Assembly: GCF_001194135.2 (NCBI RefSeq)
Contig: NC_068991.1
Span: 36,914,444-36,978,443, forward strand
Direction of reading: 5' to 3'
Length of the DNA: 64,000 nt
From: Octopus bimaculoides
Lineage: Eukaryota
Below the pieces are notes generated by a model. That model searched no databases and was not told the DNA's origin. It saw nothing but the letters and a program-made list of their open reading frames with translations. Every line of letters begins with the position of its first letter. The stretch's first letter is position 1. Both the position numbers and the translations under genes were made by a program. This document shows, piece by piece, positions 12,190-24,285 of this stretch.

Positions 12190-13070
12190 GAAGTGGTTGG
12201 CAAGATCGATAAAACAGTGGATAAAAGCATTGCGAACAGTGGATAAAAGCATTGCGTTCCAATCGCGCCGAAGCGACATTACACTTCTTTATCCTGCGGG
12301 GTCGAGAAGACATATACCACAAGAACTGGAGTCCAATAGTTAACTTTATTGCTCTCCTAGAAAGTAGGGACCACCTTATCCTTTCCCAGTATATGGGGGT
12401 ATACATTAACATCGCATTAAACTGCCCCAAGAATGGTTCAGAGTGTCAATATTAGAAAGCAATTGCAATAGAAGAGACATCAACATCATCTACAACAACC
12501 TCAATAATTTACGTGCACATACCGCTTCGGGCATAAACATTGAATAACGAAAAGCTATCTTTCAGAAATGTTCTCTCAGACATGTTCAGAAATGTTCTTT
12601 CGTATCTCTTGATACGAAACATTTTGCTGAAAGATCAAAAGCTTCAAGGTATTTCGTACACAACGCAGACATTTAGCAATCATAATCAATCGAGGATGAA
12701 GGGCAGCAATATGAGGAAAGTAACATACTTTTTCCTTGAGAAGAATACAAACGGCTTTCTAATTCTGTTCAAGTAAGAGCTGGAGCAGCCCTTATAGATA
12801 TATCAAACGCAATATTTGAGAAAAAAGAACACAAAGGTTACCATGAAATGGTGATGTCGGTACCTGGTTTAATCGTCACCTTTGTGATACAATAAAGCCA
12901 ATTTGTCAGGTCATTAATCCAGAAAACGTGAGCTTATACATGTCCCCTCTAATACAAAAGCTCCACGGAAAATTTTCGAATCTGAAGCACTCAATAATAA
13001 AAGAAAGAAGTAGCTTGCAGATGTAATCAGGGAAGTGGGTTTCTTTGAACAGCGCAAGAGGAGGTTCCAA
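12190..13070 (+). mobile_element. Probable hAT-superfamily transposase remnant (DUF4371-like region)
   Basis: Broken motifs LRGRED...NFIALLE (cf. LRGHDE..GNFLALL), TTQTFSNHNQ (cf. DETTDISN.EQ), KGYHEMVMS (cf. QGYDGA.VMSG) and LIHVPSN, in the expected order. Many stops; no termini found. Confidence 0.45.
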
Positions 13071-13109
13071 TTCTTATATAAATATCTTGCTTTAATTATT
13101 TTGTTTTAT

Positions 13110-15870
13110 CGTATACTTTTATTTAATCCGAGTAAATTTTTGTCATTAATAAATTTTGACATTGTCCCATTATATACTGCACGGTGTCTTTTACCTTTTT
13201 CATAACTTACTGTTCTCACCCAACAAATCTTTGTAATCTCTCTGTTACCATCACCACCACCACTATTACAACCAGTGCCGACCGAAACCACAACAGCAAA
13301 ATCAACAACAGTAACAAAAATAAAAGCCAACATATAAACAAAAACTTAAATTGTCCTCCAAACATGCCAACACATTCTACATCTTCCAGCACAGCACTAG
13401 CACAACGAAACAAGACACAACGTGCATCTCCACCGTCGCCGCCTTCGTTAATGCTACTTGCTGAATGCAAGAAGCAATTACAGTCTCGGTAGATGTATTG
13501 AAAACACACAAAAAAATTCTTAAAATGCACAACCAGAGCATCACATTGAATTCCCCGAGCCCATCCAACAGGAACCAGAATTAAAAATTGTTATATACAA
13601 AACTGTAGGAATAAAAGCTAAGAAAATAGAGCAAGTGACACAAGAAATAGAAAAATACCTCAGACCTATTTTGACGACCAAAATATATGCCTCCAGAAGG
13701 AAAATGTCTGGCACTTTTGAGATGAGATCTTCAACAGACGAGGAGCACTTCACTACAACATTAAAGCGTACGAAGCTTAGCCGTAGGGTTTTCGGAATAA
13801 AAAGAGTTAACATGCCACCAGAAATAAATATTTTCTGGTTGGTGGTGGAGGTGCTCTTTGACATAGAGTAGGAAATCAATATTCTTTAGGTCCAGAGCCT
13901 GTAGACACAATATTAGTTGTGCCAAGGGATGGAGCTACTGACTTCTAACGGAACACCAAAGTATAGAGTCCAAAGTATAGAATCAATCTGTTACACGGTT
14001 CACAACAGCATGTGGCTATTGAGGGCAGAAAGCCGAGATGTCATTATGTGGTGATACAATCCACTTGAAGACATTCTCTTCACAACAAAAGAAGAAAGAA
14101 TCAACACACTCATTTTCACCAACACCACTATCACAGCAGCAACAACACCAAAAGGAAATCAGAAGCACCATCCACAGATGAGCACGACCATAACAATTAC
14201 AACAATTGCAACACCAAAGTTGCAGCAACAGTAACAAAAACAACAAAAGAAACGCTGTCCTTAAGAACTACCACATCACAAACAACAACAACAGAAAATC
14301 CCTTTACAAAAACAACAGAACAGAAAGACAATGACCTTCAAAATATGCCCATCCCTGCTTGGGACCACTTAGACATGTGGTGTTGTGAAGGAGACAGGAA
14401 AGAAGGCAAATGGGAATATGTAATGAACAAGGAAAAAGGGAATGGGAGAAAAACACGCCAACAGAAGTGCAGGGCGGTTCAAAGAGATAGAACCTCCCAA
14501 CAAAAGCAAACTAACAACATCCCCAACAGCAACACGAACACTAACAACACTATTATCTCCATCGCCATCACCAACATTATATTACAATCATCATCACCAC
14601 AAACACACTTAACAGTACAACCACCAACAAATCTTTTGGCCACAAACCAAAAGCAACCACAGCAAAGACACATCAGAAATTTTACTGCCATAAACACTAA
14701 TGGAACTCATGTACAACCATACAAACATCACGCAGAGCGATTTCATCATACCGACACCCATGAAAAATCGTCCAAAAACCCAAAACATACAACTCAATAC
14801 AAAATACAAAACATAGTCCTATGAATAGGAGACATAAAGAATATCAATAAATATTTATAAGAAACTGCTTGTGGAGACGCTTAAGTTTAACTAGAGATAC
14901 GTAACATCTGTCCGCCTCCCTAACAAAATTACTGTAATTAGCTCCTTGTTTCATTATTTCTCGCTGTCTAACATAGCATTGCTCAGAAGTAATGCTCGTG
15001 GCCCAGAGTCTCCTTAGAATGAGGGCTATCTACTCAGAGATCTCAGATTGTTAAATATAGATGTGGTGGCCATCAGTGAGGCTACAGTTTCCGATCCACA
15101 AGTCTCCATGCCCATTTTCGGTGGATACGAGATTTACTTATCTCCATGTTGACCAGGAGTGGGGTACAGATCTGAAGTTTTTTTTCCAAAAGGTATGGAT
15201 CGCAAGATACGGACCATCTTCTTGAACCCAGAAGTTAAGCTGATGATCCTGTGTAAACAATACAGAAGGGGTTGCTTCGGTAGTATTTGTTTATGCTTTG
15301 ACAGGTTCGAGACAGCCAAATTTCTTCAAATGTTAGGAGGTTTTCCAGGTAAAGTTCCGCTCTTTAATATTAGTGGGTGGCTGTAACACCTTCATGGATG
15401 CACTCTTGGATTGAGTGGGGCTAGCTGATAGGAGAGGGGTGCAAAAGCCTGATAGGTATCGACTTGATTTCTCGAACGTGAGAAACAGTATCGAGTCATC
15501 AAGGTTGTATTTATATACAATATCCTGTTGACTAGTAGATAAGAATAGCATAGACTCCTCAGATTTTAACATCCTCAGTTACACAGACCACAAATTTGCG
15601 ATGTAGATCGTAAATTTGTGGTCTGTGTATAGGCTTCGTATACAGGAACCCGGGTACTGGATGTTGAACGCGTCATTCCCGGCGCGCCGAGCTTACAGCG
15701 ACCGGATAAGAGAATTAGTTAAGCGAGGAATGACGAGGGCAATTGTCAACAGCAAATGGAAGTTGACCTTAAAAGGGCGCTCACAGTTAGGTTAAGTAAG
15801 ACTGTAGTGATAAAAAAAATAGAACAGAGAGAAAGTTAGAAACTTAGAGGAAGCGCTTTACACGCCTGCA
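13110..15870 (+). mobile_element. L1/Tx1-like LINE, 5' part: degenerate ORF1 plus APE endonuclease and linker of ORF2
   Basis: ORF1 with CCHC remnant IEGRKPRCHY/CGDTIHLKTF (14018-14080). EN motifs from ~14973: NARG...LLRDLRLLNIDVVAISE, VYA, LILVGGCN, YTDHKF. Linker GYWMLNAS...DRIRELVKR. 3'-truncated. Confidence 0.8.
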
Positions 15871-15961
15871 TATAACTCCATCAGATCATTCATGTTTTGT
15901 AGTGTTTCGTCTTGTATCATCCTTGATTTCTTTCTAAACTGTTAATGGTTAATAAAGACAT

Positions 15962-16211
15962 TTTCTTCTTCTTCTTCTTCTTCTCCTCCTCCTCCTCTTC
16001 CTCCTCCTTCTTCTTCTTCTTCTTCTTCTTCTCCTCCTCCTCCTCCTCCTTCTTCTTCTTCTTCTTCTTCTCCTCCTCCTCCTCCTCCTCCTCCTCCTCC
16101 TCCTTCTTCTTCTTCTTCTTCTTCTTCTTCTTCTTCTTCTTCTTCTTCTTCTTCTTCTTCTTCTTCTTCTTCTTCTTCTTCTTCTTCTTCTTCTTCTTCT
16201 TCTTCTTCTTC
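15962..16211. repeat. Compound (TTC)n/(TCC)n polypyrimidine tract, ~250 bp
   Basis: Directly visible; explains the poly-E, poly-F and poly-R ORFs at 15942-16278. Confidence 0.98.
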
Positions 16212-16329
16212 TATATCGTTTTTCTGCTTTTTGCAGCACTTCACTCTTTAATTTTACTTTACAACCTTTATTGAACACTTTTGTTCCTTCGAATTTCGTT
16301 TTTAGGTTATATAAAAAATAAACGGAGAA

Positions 16330-17630
16330 AAATTACAATGAAAAGACCAATTTATAAACAACTAAAGTTAGATAAGCAAAAGCGCGAACTTGAACGAGAT
16401 AACAGAAGTTCTAGAAGCAACTGCGACTCATATCATTGCTAGTGTTGCCAGCCAAAAGGAAATACATGGACATGGATCGACTGTAGATAAAAGAAGAACC
16501 GTGGAAGAGGTGGGTCACAAAAGAACATATTTCGTTGCCTGAGGAATTCATCAATAAATTGGCGAAGAATGTGACGTAACTATTTTTCAAAAAGGGTGTG
16601 TCTTAGATATCTCAAATGGGGATGTAGTGGAAATTCAAACTGACGTACGGTAGGTCGTGTAATCCATCATCCTGGAAAACCTGCATGGAAGCATGTACAT
16701 CATCTTCAAAACCGAAGATAAAGTGAGCAGATAAGTGGGGCTAATGAGCCTGATACCTATCCACAAACTGGATAGGTAGAGAGAACAAGGGTGAGAGAAA
16801 TATAAGGGTGACAGCTCAAGATATTGGTAGTGACATTGACTCTTCGTTTATTGTTATCTCTGTGATACAGTATAGATGGATGTCGTACAGTGGCTCCCAA
16901 TATGAAGTGGTCGGCGGATGGGTATATGGACATCAATGTTCCGATTATCCCTAACACCATAAGGCTATCCCAGAACTGTTTACCTTTGAGGAAATAGAAT
17001 TAGAGTTAATCAGACTAATGTGGTAAAACAGAAGATCCAGTTACTGTATGCCAAGTAGCAAAAGTCACTCGAAGCATTGTATCCAGCGGTGGAAATAAAG
17101 GTAAATGGTGAACGGCAACGGTAGACAGCAGCAGATGCAGCAACAACAACAAACGCAGCATGCGGACTCTGAGACGAAGACGATGGTCATTGTGGCTGCC
17201 ACTGTTTCGGTCGCTGCTTTACAGATGGCTACAGCAAAGAGTAATGGAATTGTCACAAAATCAGTGTTTTCAGAAAGAGAAGCCCACGAAATAGGGCACT
17301 GAGAAGCCGTTATGTCGCTTTCTTTAGGATAATACTAACCAGAAGCTCTAAACAGAAGTTGGGTGAGATTATAGACTGGAGAAAGGAATGGAACCGTCAA
17401 GGATTGTAGGGGACAATAAGAAGACAGAAAATAATAAAAAGGAGTCTAGACTTAAATCAAAAAGCCGGCTGGAAATCCCACTCAAAGAGACTTCCTCTTC
17501 CCTGGAATGCATGAATTTCAATGTTAACCGAAAGAAGAGTAATAGCTTAGGGAAACCGCTGAAAGACTGAGAAAAAGAAATGGTTTGTTGCATGAGGAAG
17601 AAATAAAGAATATCAATGAGCTCAAATGAC
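16330..17630 (+). mobile_element. Second, highly degenerate L1/Tx1-like ORF1 remnant
   Basis: RTRVREI segment, CCHC-like remnant CMPSSKSHSKHC and low-complexity Q/T/K C-terminus parallel 13500-14830. Confidence 0.5.
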
Positions 17631-17994
17631 ACTGCTTATGAAAACTATACTAATAATTTGTATATCCTTCTATGATTTGGGATATTTTATACTTTGGATA
17701 ATTATAATATATATCTAAATTCGGGAGGCCCAGATTGCAGCTAGTATGGAAAGTGCTAGAACTCATAACGTACCGAGTTCTTCATCAGGGGCGGCTTCTC
17801 ACGACTTGTGTCCTTACGAGTTTTTCTAAAGTTTGAACCTGTTTAATATACAACGTTATGTTTCTGTCGCAGTCTCCGCTTATTGTATATCTTCACATGT
17901 TTTGTAACACTTTTCATCAATGTTTTTTTTTTATTTTATGTTTGGACACTTACAGCCAATAAAAGCAATAATAATTATTATGATGGTGGTCCAT

Positions 17995-18179
17995 GGAAGA
18001 ATCGGTAGAACCGTCGACAAAATGTTATGTGGTGTTAAATTATGCTTCTTTACATTCTGACTTCATAACCTAGCAATGCCAACATTGCCTTTCATCTTTC
18101 TAGGATCGATAATGCTGGCATAGACCTAATTGATCAGATCGAACATAAAATATATGACTTCGTGCTAATGTTAGAAAAC

Positions 18180-18208
<29 letters not shown>
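17995..18208 (+). mobile_element. Diverged SINE family A with (ATT)n tail
   Basis: TTGCCTTTCATCTTTCTAGGATCGATAA core and ATT tail. Confidence 0.75.
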
Positions 18209-18210
<2 letters not shown>

Positions 18211-18397
18211 GCAATACCCGACTATGTGTGAGTTTTGCTTGTTTAGTTTTTGTAATGTCTCTCATTCGCTGTCCTTATGACAAATAAAGAAACAAGTCTA
18301 AGTAGACTTTGGGTCAACAAAATAAGACAATAAAATACTCGATCGATTTCATTATCAATTCCCTGCCTCATAATGTACATTATTATCAAACATTATC

Positions 18398-18398
18398 T

Positions 18399-18431
<33 letters not shown>

Positions 18432-18485
18432 TGTTGTTGTTGTTGCCGTGGTGGTGGTGGTGGTGGTGGTGGTGGTGGTGGTGGT
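18398..18485. repeat. (GTT)n-(GGT)n microsatellite
   Basis: Directly visible. Confidence 0.95.
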
Positions 18486-18504
18486 ATTACTTTTGTATTT
18501 TAGC

Positions 18505-18650
18505 ACCAGGTCAGCCCTGATCGAGATCTACTATGGTTATTCCAGCCATGACTGTCCTGTTGTTTTCAGACAATATTTTAAGACGTAGGGAGAGAGAAAT
18601 CGATGGAGATTTGGTTGCTATTTCTAGCAGGTCATGTACTGACTTTCCGA
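18505..18650 (+). repeat. Dispersed repeat family D
   Basis: CAGGTCAGCCCTGATCGAG...GGAGATTTGGTTGCTATTTCTAGCAGGTC, shared with the other family D copies. Confidence 0.65.
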
Positions 18651-18700
18651 CTCACTTGTACGCATCAGTGTTATTATTATTATTATTATTATTGTTCTTT

Positions 18701-18920
18701 AGGCGGCGAGCTTGCAGGTTCGTAAGCACGCCGGGCGAAATACTTAGCGGCGTTTCGTCCGTCTTCATGTTCTCAGTTCAAATTCCACCAAGGTCGACTT
18801 TGCCTTTCATCCTTCGGGGTCGATAAAATAAGTACCAGTTGAATACTGGGGTCGATATAATCGACTTATCCCCCTCTCCCTAATTCCAGGCCTTGTGCTT
18901 ATAGTAGAAAGGATTATTAT
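18701..18920 (+). mobile_element. SINE family A, near full length and well conserved
   Basis: AGGCGGCGAGCTTGCAGG...GAAAGGATTATTATT. Confidence 0.93.
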
Positions 18921-19039
18921 TTTTATTGGTGTTGTTGCTGCTGCTATGCTCTTGTTCTTATTCTATTTTTTCCTATCTTTGTTGTTCTCCTTTGTCGTCA
19001 TCATCGTTGTTGCTATTGTCAGATTCCTTTGTACATGTT

Positions 19040-19245
19040 TTTAATCCTGGTGCTGAACCCTAGGTCAGCCCGAATCAAACAGCTCTAGGACTTATGTTGT
19101 TCCAACACTGACCGTCCTGCCTTTTGGTATGTCAGAGACTATAACCATTGTCCATTGCATCTTCCTTTATTTATAACGGTGGTGTGTGATTTGAGTGTTA
19201 TTTGGCTTCTACTTCTACCAGGTCGAACGGTCGTTTAGAAACTTC
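19040..19245 (+). repeat. Dispersed repeat family D
   Basis: TAGGTCAGCCCGAATC...GTGTGATTTGAG...CTACCAGGTCGAACG. Confidence 0.55.
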
Positions 19246-19862
19246 CGAGCTGACTTGTTGCTAATCTTCTTACCGTTACCGTTGTTGTTATTGTTATTGT
19301 CAGCTGGGAATATCAAATAAAGCAAAGGAAAAACAAAACATTAAAAAAAAGGAACGCAATAAACACGCAAAACAAAACAAAAAGCTATGGAAAAATACAC
19401 AAAAGCCAGAAAGGACTAAAAGCAAATACAGAACGTACAGATGACAAAAACAAACTATATTTCACGTTAAGAATATAATAAAAAAAGGTCGTGTGGGGAC
19501 GAAAGATGAAACGAAAACTACAATGTAACTTCAATTTATGTATTTATTTATTTTCGGTAAATGTAGAAGTGATGTGTCTAAGGCAGAGGGAGGGTGTCAC
19601 AGAGATTAATTAACCCGACCATTATTCTATTATTTTTAGTTTCTTTTAACCTACAGCTGTAGATCAAATTTAACAGATTCGAAATAGTTAGCAACAAAGA
19701 ATTACAATTTGATGTATGTTTTTAAACATTTATTTGTATCATTTGCGTTTCGTTTATATATNNNNNNNNNNNNNNNNNNNNNNNNNNNNNNNNNNNNNNN
19801 NNNNNNNNNNNNNNNNNNNNNNNNNNNNNNNNNNNNNNNNNNNNNNNNNNNNNNNNNNNNNN

Positions 19863-19973
<111 letters not shown>

Positions 19974-20659
19974 ATGTGTATGAATGAATATAGACAGATA
20001 GATAGATAGATAGATAGATAGATGTTGTATTTATTTATTTATTAAAAAACAATGTTGTTTTTTCGTTTTTTATATATGCAATTATGTGTGTATATTTTAT
20101 AAGCTTGAGAGCGTATGCGTGTGTATGTGTGTCTGTATGTTTTATACTTTCTCATTTGAGTGTGCATATATGCTTTGTGTGTATGAATTTGTATATATGT
20201 GTATGAGACATGTTTCCACTTTGTTTTATCTTTTTATCTTTTCGACAGTTTTCGTGAATCAGTTTTATTCGTATTTCTTTACGCTTTTTTTTCTTATATT
20301 TATATTTGCTTTGCCTCGTATTTTTTGCTTTATTTATTTAAATATTTTTTTCCTCGTGTTTCGATTTTTATTATTTTTTGCAAGATTCAGAATTTTTTTT
20401 ATTTCTTTCATCTAGTAATTTTTTCTGCGTGTGTGTGTGCCCGCGCGCGTGTGCATGTGTATGTAGGTGTGTGTGTGCGCGCGTGCGTGCGCACTGCGCG
20501 TTCTTTCATGTTATTTTTTTCTCGCATTTTTATTTTATATTATTTTTCCAATTTTCCTTGTTCTGTTCTTTTAGGGATTTTTTTGGTAAGAAGACGTTTT
20601 TATGAAGAGCAGGAAGACTTCTTTTTAAGAAAAAGTGTCTCTATATTTTATATTGATGT

Positions 20660-20691
20660 AATTTTATTATTATTTTTATTATTATTATTAA

Positions 20692-20763
<72 letters not shown>
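20660..20763. repeat. (TTA)n tract, the 3' tail or target of the adjacent minus-strand RLE LINE
   Basis: Directly visible; abuts the LINE 3' UTR. Confidence 0.95.
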
Positions 20764-20767
<4 letters not shown>

Positions 20768-21097
20768 TAGTCTTATTTTTATTACGCGCTTTCATTGCAC
20801 TACCGAGCGCAGCTCTGTGTCTTGAGTATGTGCTGTGGTTTGTTGTGGTGCTTTTATTTTCATTGTATTGAAAGTGTTTTAAGTAGGATGTGTGCGGTGC
20901 CAAGTAGTACTATTTTCTGTATGTTATATACACTTGTAAGTCCTGTTGTTTTTGTTATGTATTTGTCTGAATGTTTTTTTTTTTATCATACCTAATGCGC
21001 CTACTATAACAGGAATTGTTTCTGTTTTAGGCTCCGTATTCGTGGTACCTCTATTCCAGATCTTTGAACTTTGAAAGTTTCTCCGTTTGTTTTTGAA
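20764..21097 (-). mobile_element. R4/Dong-type RLE LINE, 3' end (C-terminal half of the split element)
   Basis: Minus-strand translation KFKDLEIEV...KTETIPVIVGALGMIKK...NIQKIVLLGTAHILLKTLSIQ*, then 3' UTR and (AAT)n. Confidence 0.85.
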
Positions 21098-22580
21098 GGT
21101 GCTAGGACAATTCGTCCCCGGTTATTTCGTCGTCGATTTGTCTGTCCCCCGTCTTTGATCAATTCATCCCAGATCAATTCATCACTGGGCAATTCGTCCC
21201 AAAATGCTCTTAAATTTGATTTTCGAAGGAAAATTTAGAACAATCACTTTAAAATTAGAATTGCGTTGGACAGTTTTAGATATTCCCCCTTTTTTAACCC
21301 CCTCTCCCCCTCTCTCCCTCTCTCTGTCTTTCTCAAGTATCTGCACTGAGCAGTTAACGAACAATGGTTTTCAAGCAAATCGAATTAAATTTTTTCAATA
21401 CGCCTACTCATCAACATGATTACCTGTAAGAACATAACCTCATAGAAAGACAATTATATATACACACAAAATAAGCAGAATACAGGTGGATTGAAGATAT
21501 ACTGGAGGTGGGAAAATTGTGTGTGCAAGGCGAGACTTCATACAGATGAAAATTATAAAGATCTTAAAAAGAGTGGGATCCATAATCACGCTTCAACTGT
21601 TGCAGAGGTAAACGCAAAGATAATAGTTTCGATTTCCTCTCGTGATCCACTCGCTCAGTTATCGCTAGTGAAGTTCATAATTTAAACGACTGTACATTGT
21701 CGCAAATACCTCCGTCTGCACAGCTTAATAGGAATATTAGACGTCTGAGGCAAGCTGATTCCAACTATCCTGCCACCCAACTTACAAATGTTGGATTTTC
21801 CATTGCAAGTGAATACTCCTACCTTGACATTGATGAAATGTTTTTACAGTATGACAGCAAGATGAAAGATTCAAAATGAATACTAATATTTGCAAGGGAC
21901 AGACTTCGACAGTTAAAACAGCACAAGAACTGGGTGGCAGATGGAACATTTAAGTGCTGCTCTAGTTTACTTTTCAGTTATATATACTTCACAATCAAAA
22001 TAATTTTAATGCCCCACGATTGTTTGCATTGCAGAATGAGGAACCTGATAATATAATTATGGATTTCGAAAAAGCAGCCCATAATGGATTTCTGGAATTG
22101 TTTCCTGGGTTGAATTTGGCATGCTGCTTGTTTCATTTAAGACAAAATGCGTACAGGCATGTTGTGGACTAAAATATAAATATCTTAAAGATGACAGTTT
22201 TAGTTTTAAAATGCGGTGTTTTGTTGTCCTTGCCTTCCTGCCGGTTGATGATGTTGTAGATGGATATGAACAACTTGTAGATGATGATGATATTCCACAG
22301 TCAATTGTATCTTATTTTGAAAATAATTATATAGGACTACCTAGAAGAAGACAGAGGAGACGACGTCTTGAACCTCCATTTTCATTACCTATTTTAAGAA
22401 AAAATAAATATGTAATAATGCAAACCTTAAAATAAACGTTTTTTAATTCAGATATTTGTTCTTCCATTTTCCCTATGATCTCGACGAATTGACTGACGAC
22501 GAATTGACTGACGACGAATTGATCTGGGGATAAATTAAACGACGACAAATTATTGCCGTCGACGAATTGACTGGACACCC
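21098..22580 (+). mobile_element. MULE/Mutator DNA transposon with FLYWCH-type zinc finger, degenerate transposase
   Basis: Imperfect ~100-bp TIRs built of CAATTCGTC / GACGAATTG subrepeats. Motifs YWRW..CVCKARLHT..HNH, ILIFA..WVADGTFK, IMDFEKAA..LFPG..CLFHL, LAFLPVDDV..YFENNYIG. Confidence 0.88.
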
Positions 22581-23115
22581 TTTTAGAGAAACGTTGTCAG
22601 CTGTTTGTATTGATACACCGATTAGAAAGCATTTTTTTCTTAGTTATCTCTGGCAACTATACCCAGCCTATAAACCTTCATTTCTCTGTCTGTGTTGGCA
22701 TATCCTAGAGTATGGCTGCTCTCGTTTTCAGTGACCTTTTCTGGGGTGTGCGTATACCATCTTTTTTTTCAGTTGTTATCCCATAGTATTTGCATAGCTT
22801 TCAGTGTATATAGATCCCAGTTCTGTCATGTCAGTGAATATATTCCTTCTTAGCCAGGACTGGGCAACCAGAGACAATATGATTTATTGTATCTTCTCCA
22901 TCACCACATATTCTGCAGTTACTTGTATTTTCTTTTCCGTGTAGTTTTTGGGGATTTCTGGTTGGAAGGCTTTGATCTTGTGCTGCAATTAAAAATCCTT
23001 CAGTCTCTGCTTTGACTCCTGAGCTTCTCGGCTATTGTTGGGATATTGTTTTGTTTATTACTTTTCTGTTTAGTTTAATCCAATATTTGCCACATAGGGG
23101 CTTTTATTGCCATCG
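22581..23115 (-). mobile_element. R4/Dong-type RLE LINE, zinc-knuckle/RLE region (N-terminal half of the split element)
   Basis: Minus-strand GVKAETEGFLIAAQDQSLPTRN...CRICGDGEDTINHIVSGCPVLAKKEY...WYTHTPEKV...ADNVSLK. Confidence 0.9.
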
Positions 23116-23121
23116 TTTTAT

Positions 23122-23122
23122 T

Positions 23123-23172
<50 letters not shown>
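23122..23172. repeat. (ATC)n microsatellite
   Basis: Directly visible. Confidence 0.95.
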
Positions 23173-23174
<2 letters not shown>

Positions 23175-23206
23175 CTATTATAGTTATTATTATTAAAATA
23201 TATATA

Positions 23207-23387
23207 AAGGCGGTGAACTGACTGAATCGTTAGCGTTGCCGGGCGAAATGCTGAGCGGTATTTTCTCTGTTGCTGCGTTCTGAGCTTAAATGCCACTGTG
23301 GTTAACTTCGTCATTCATCCTTTCGGGGTCGATAAAATAAATACCAGTTGAACACTGGGGCCGATGTAATCGACTTAGCCCCCCAAG
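23207..23387 (+). mobile_element. SINE family A, 3'-truncated
   Basis: AAGGCGGTGAACTGACTGAATCGTTAGC...GGGGTCGATAAAATAAATACCAG. Confidence 0.88.
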
Positions 23388-23389
23388 TC

Positions 23390-24285
23390 TCCTCTTTGCT
23401 CTGGGCAAAAGCTTTCTTTCTCTGTAGTCCAAAATTCAAAATATTCCTCCGCAACTATCACCACGACTACGAGTGGCGGCAACATAAACTACAGCAGCAG
23501 CAACAGCGGTAGTAGCAGCAGAAACATCAACAACAGGTAAAGCCAATGGAACAACAACCTGCTAAGCATCACTACAACCATCATTACCTCTACAACAGAT
23601 AATAAGAGCAACCCTTCCACTTGTAGTGATAAGTCTAACAACACTGCCATGACAAACGAAAGCTACGGAAGCAGCAACAATACAAAGGGTAAACTTTCTT
23701 CTACCTTCTCCATCATCGCGCTACCGCCAAACCACCTCTATTGTCGGAACAAAAACAATAAACTACGGCAGTAGTGGCACAAACAGTACCGTAAAAGTCA
23801 GATCCTTTCCAGGACCTGCCAACAAATTGTCTAATTTTGTATGGATGACAAACAAATTTACGAATTGCTTCTAGTGCTAGTGAAGACACAAGGAAGAAAA
23901 ACCGCATTAGTAGTACTTCCAAAACATCTGGAAAAGACTGCCAAGGAAAAACTAATTTGCTAATGTCTGTCGATTAACATTTGATGAATAGAAACGGCCA
24001 CACATGCCGCGAAGTGGAAACATGTTTGGGAGAAATCTGGACGGGCATAGAGCATATCATTAGTATTTGACAATTCGGTACTGTCGAAGTGCGATTCTGG
24101 AAGAGGCGCTCACATTGAAGAATTCCATTGCCTCGTATGGGAGTGAGGAATTTAGTCTCTTTCCAACTTGTCTCAGCAGATGGATCGAGAGGGTCAGGAT
24201 ATTCGGTGTGTCACCCGATAAGACATCTTGAGAGTTGTGGTCTGTGTCATCCTGGAAGGAGGTGATATTATCATCGTAATCTATA
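23390..24285 (+). mobile_element. Third L1/Tx1-like ORF1 remnant, truncated before the CCHC
   Basis: S/T/N-rich start, then QFGTVEVRF and LFPTCLSRWIERVRIFGVSP, paralleling GTFEMRS..KLSRRVFGIKRVNMPP at 13700-13820. Confidence 0.5.

Noticed and set aside
12213-12256. 22-bp tandem duplication AACAGTGGATAAAAGCATTGCG
   Set aside because: Only two adjacent units with no spacers; ordinary slippage, not CRISPR-like.
17745-17792. Minus-strand CTGATGA followed by a perfect 7-bp stem (AGAACTC/GAGTTCT)
   Set aside because: No GAAA after stem II and no stem III, so not callable as a hammerhead; possibly a remnant.
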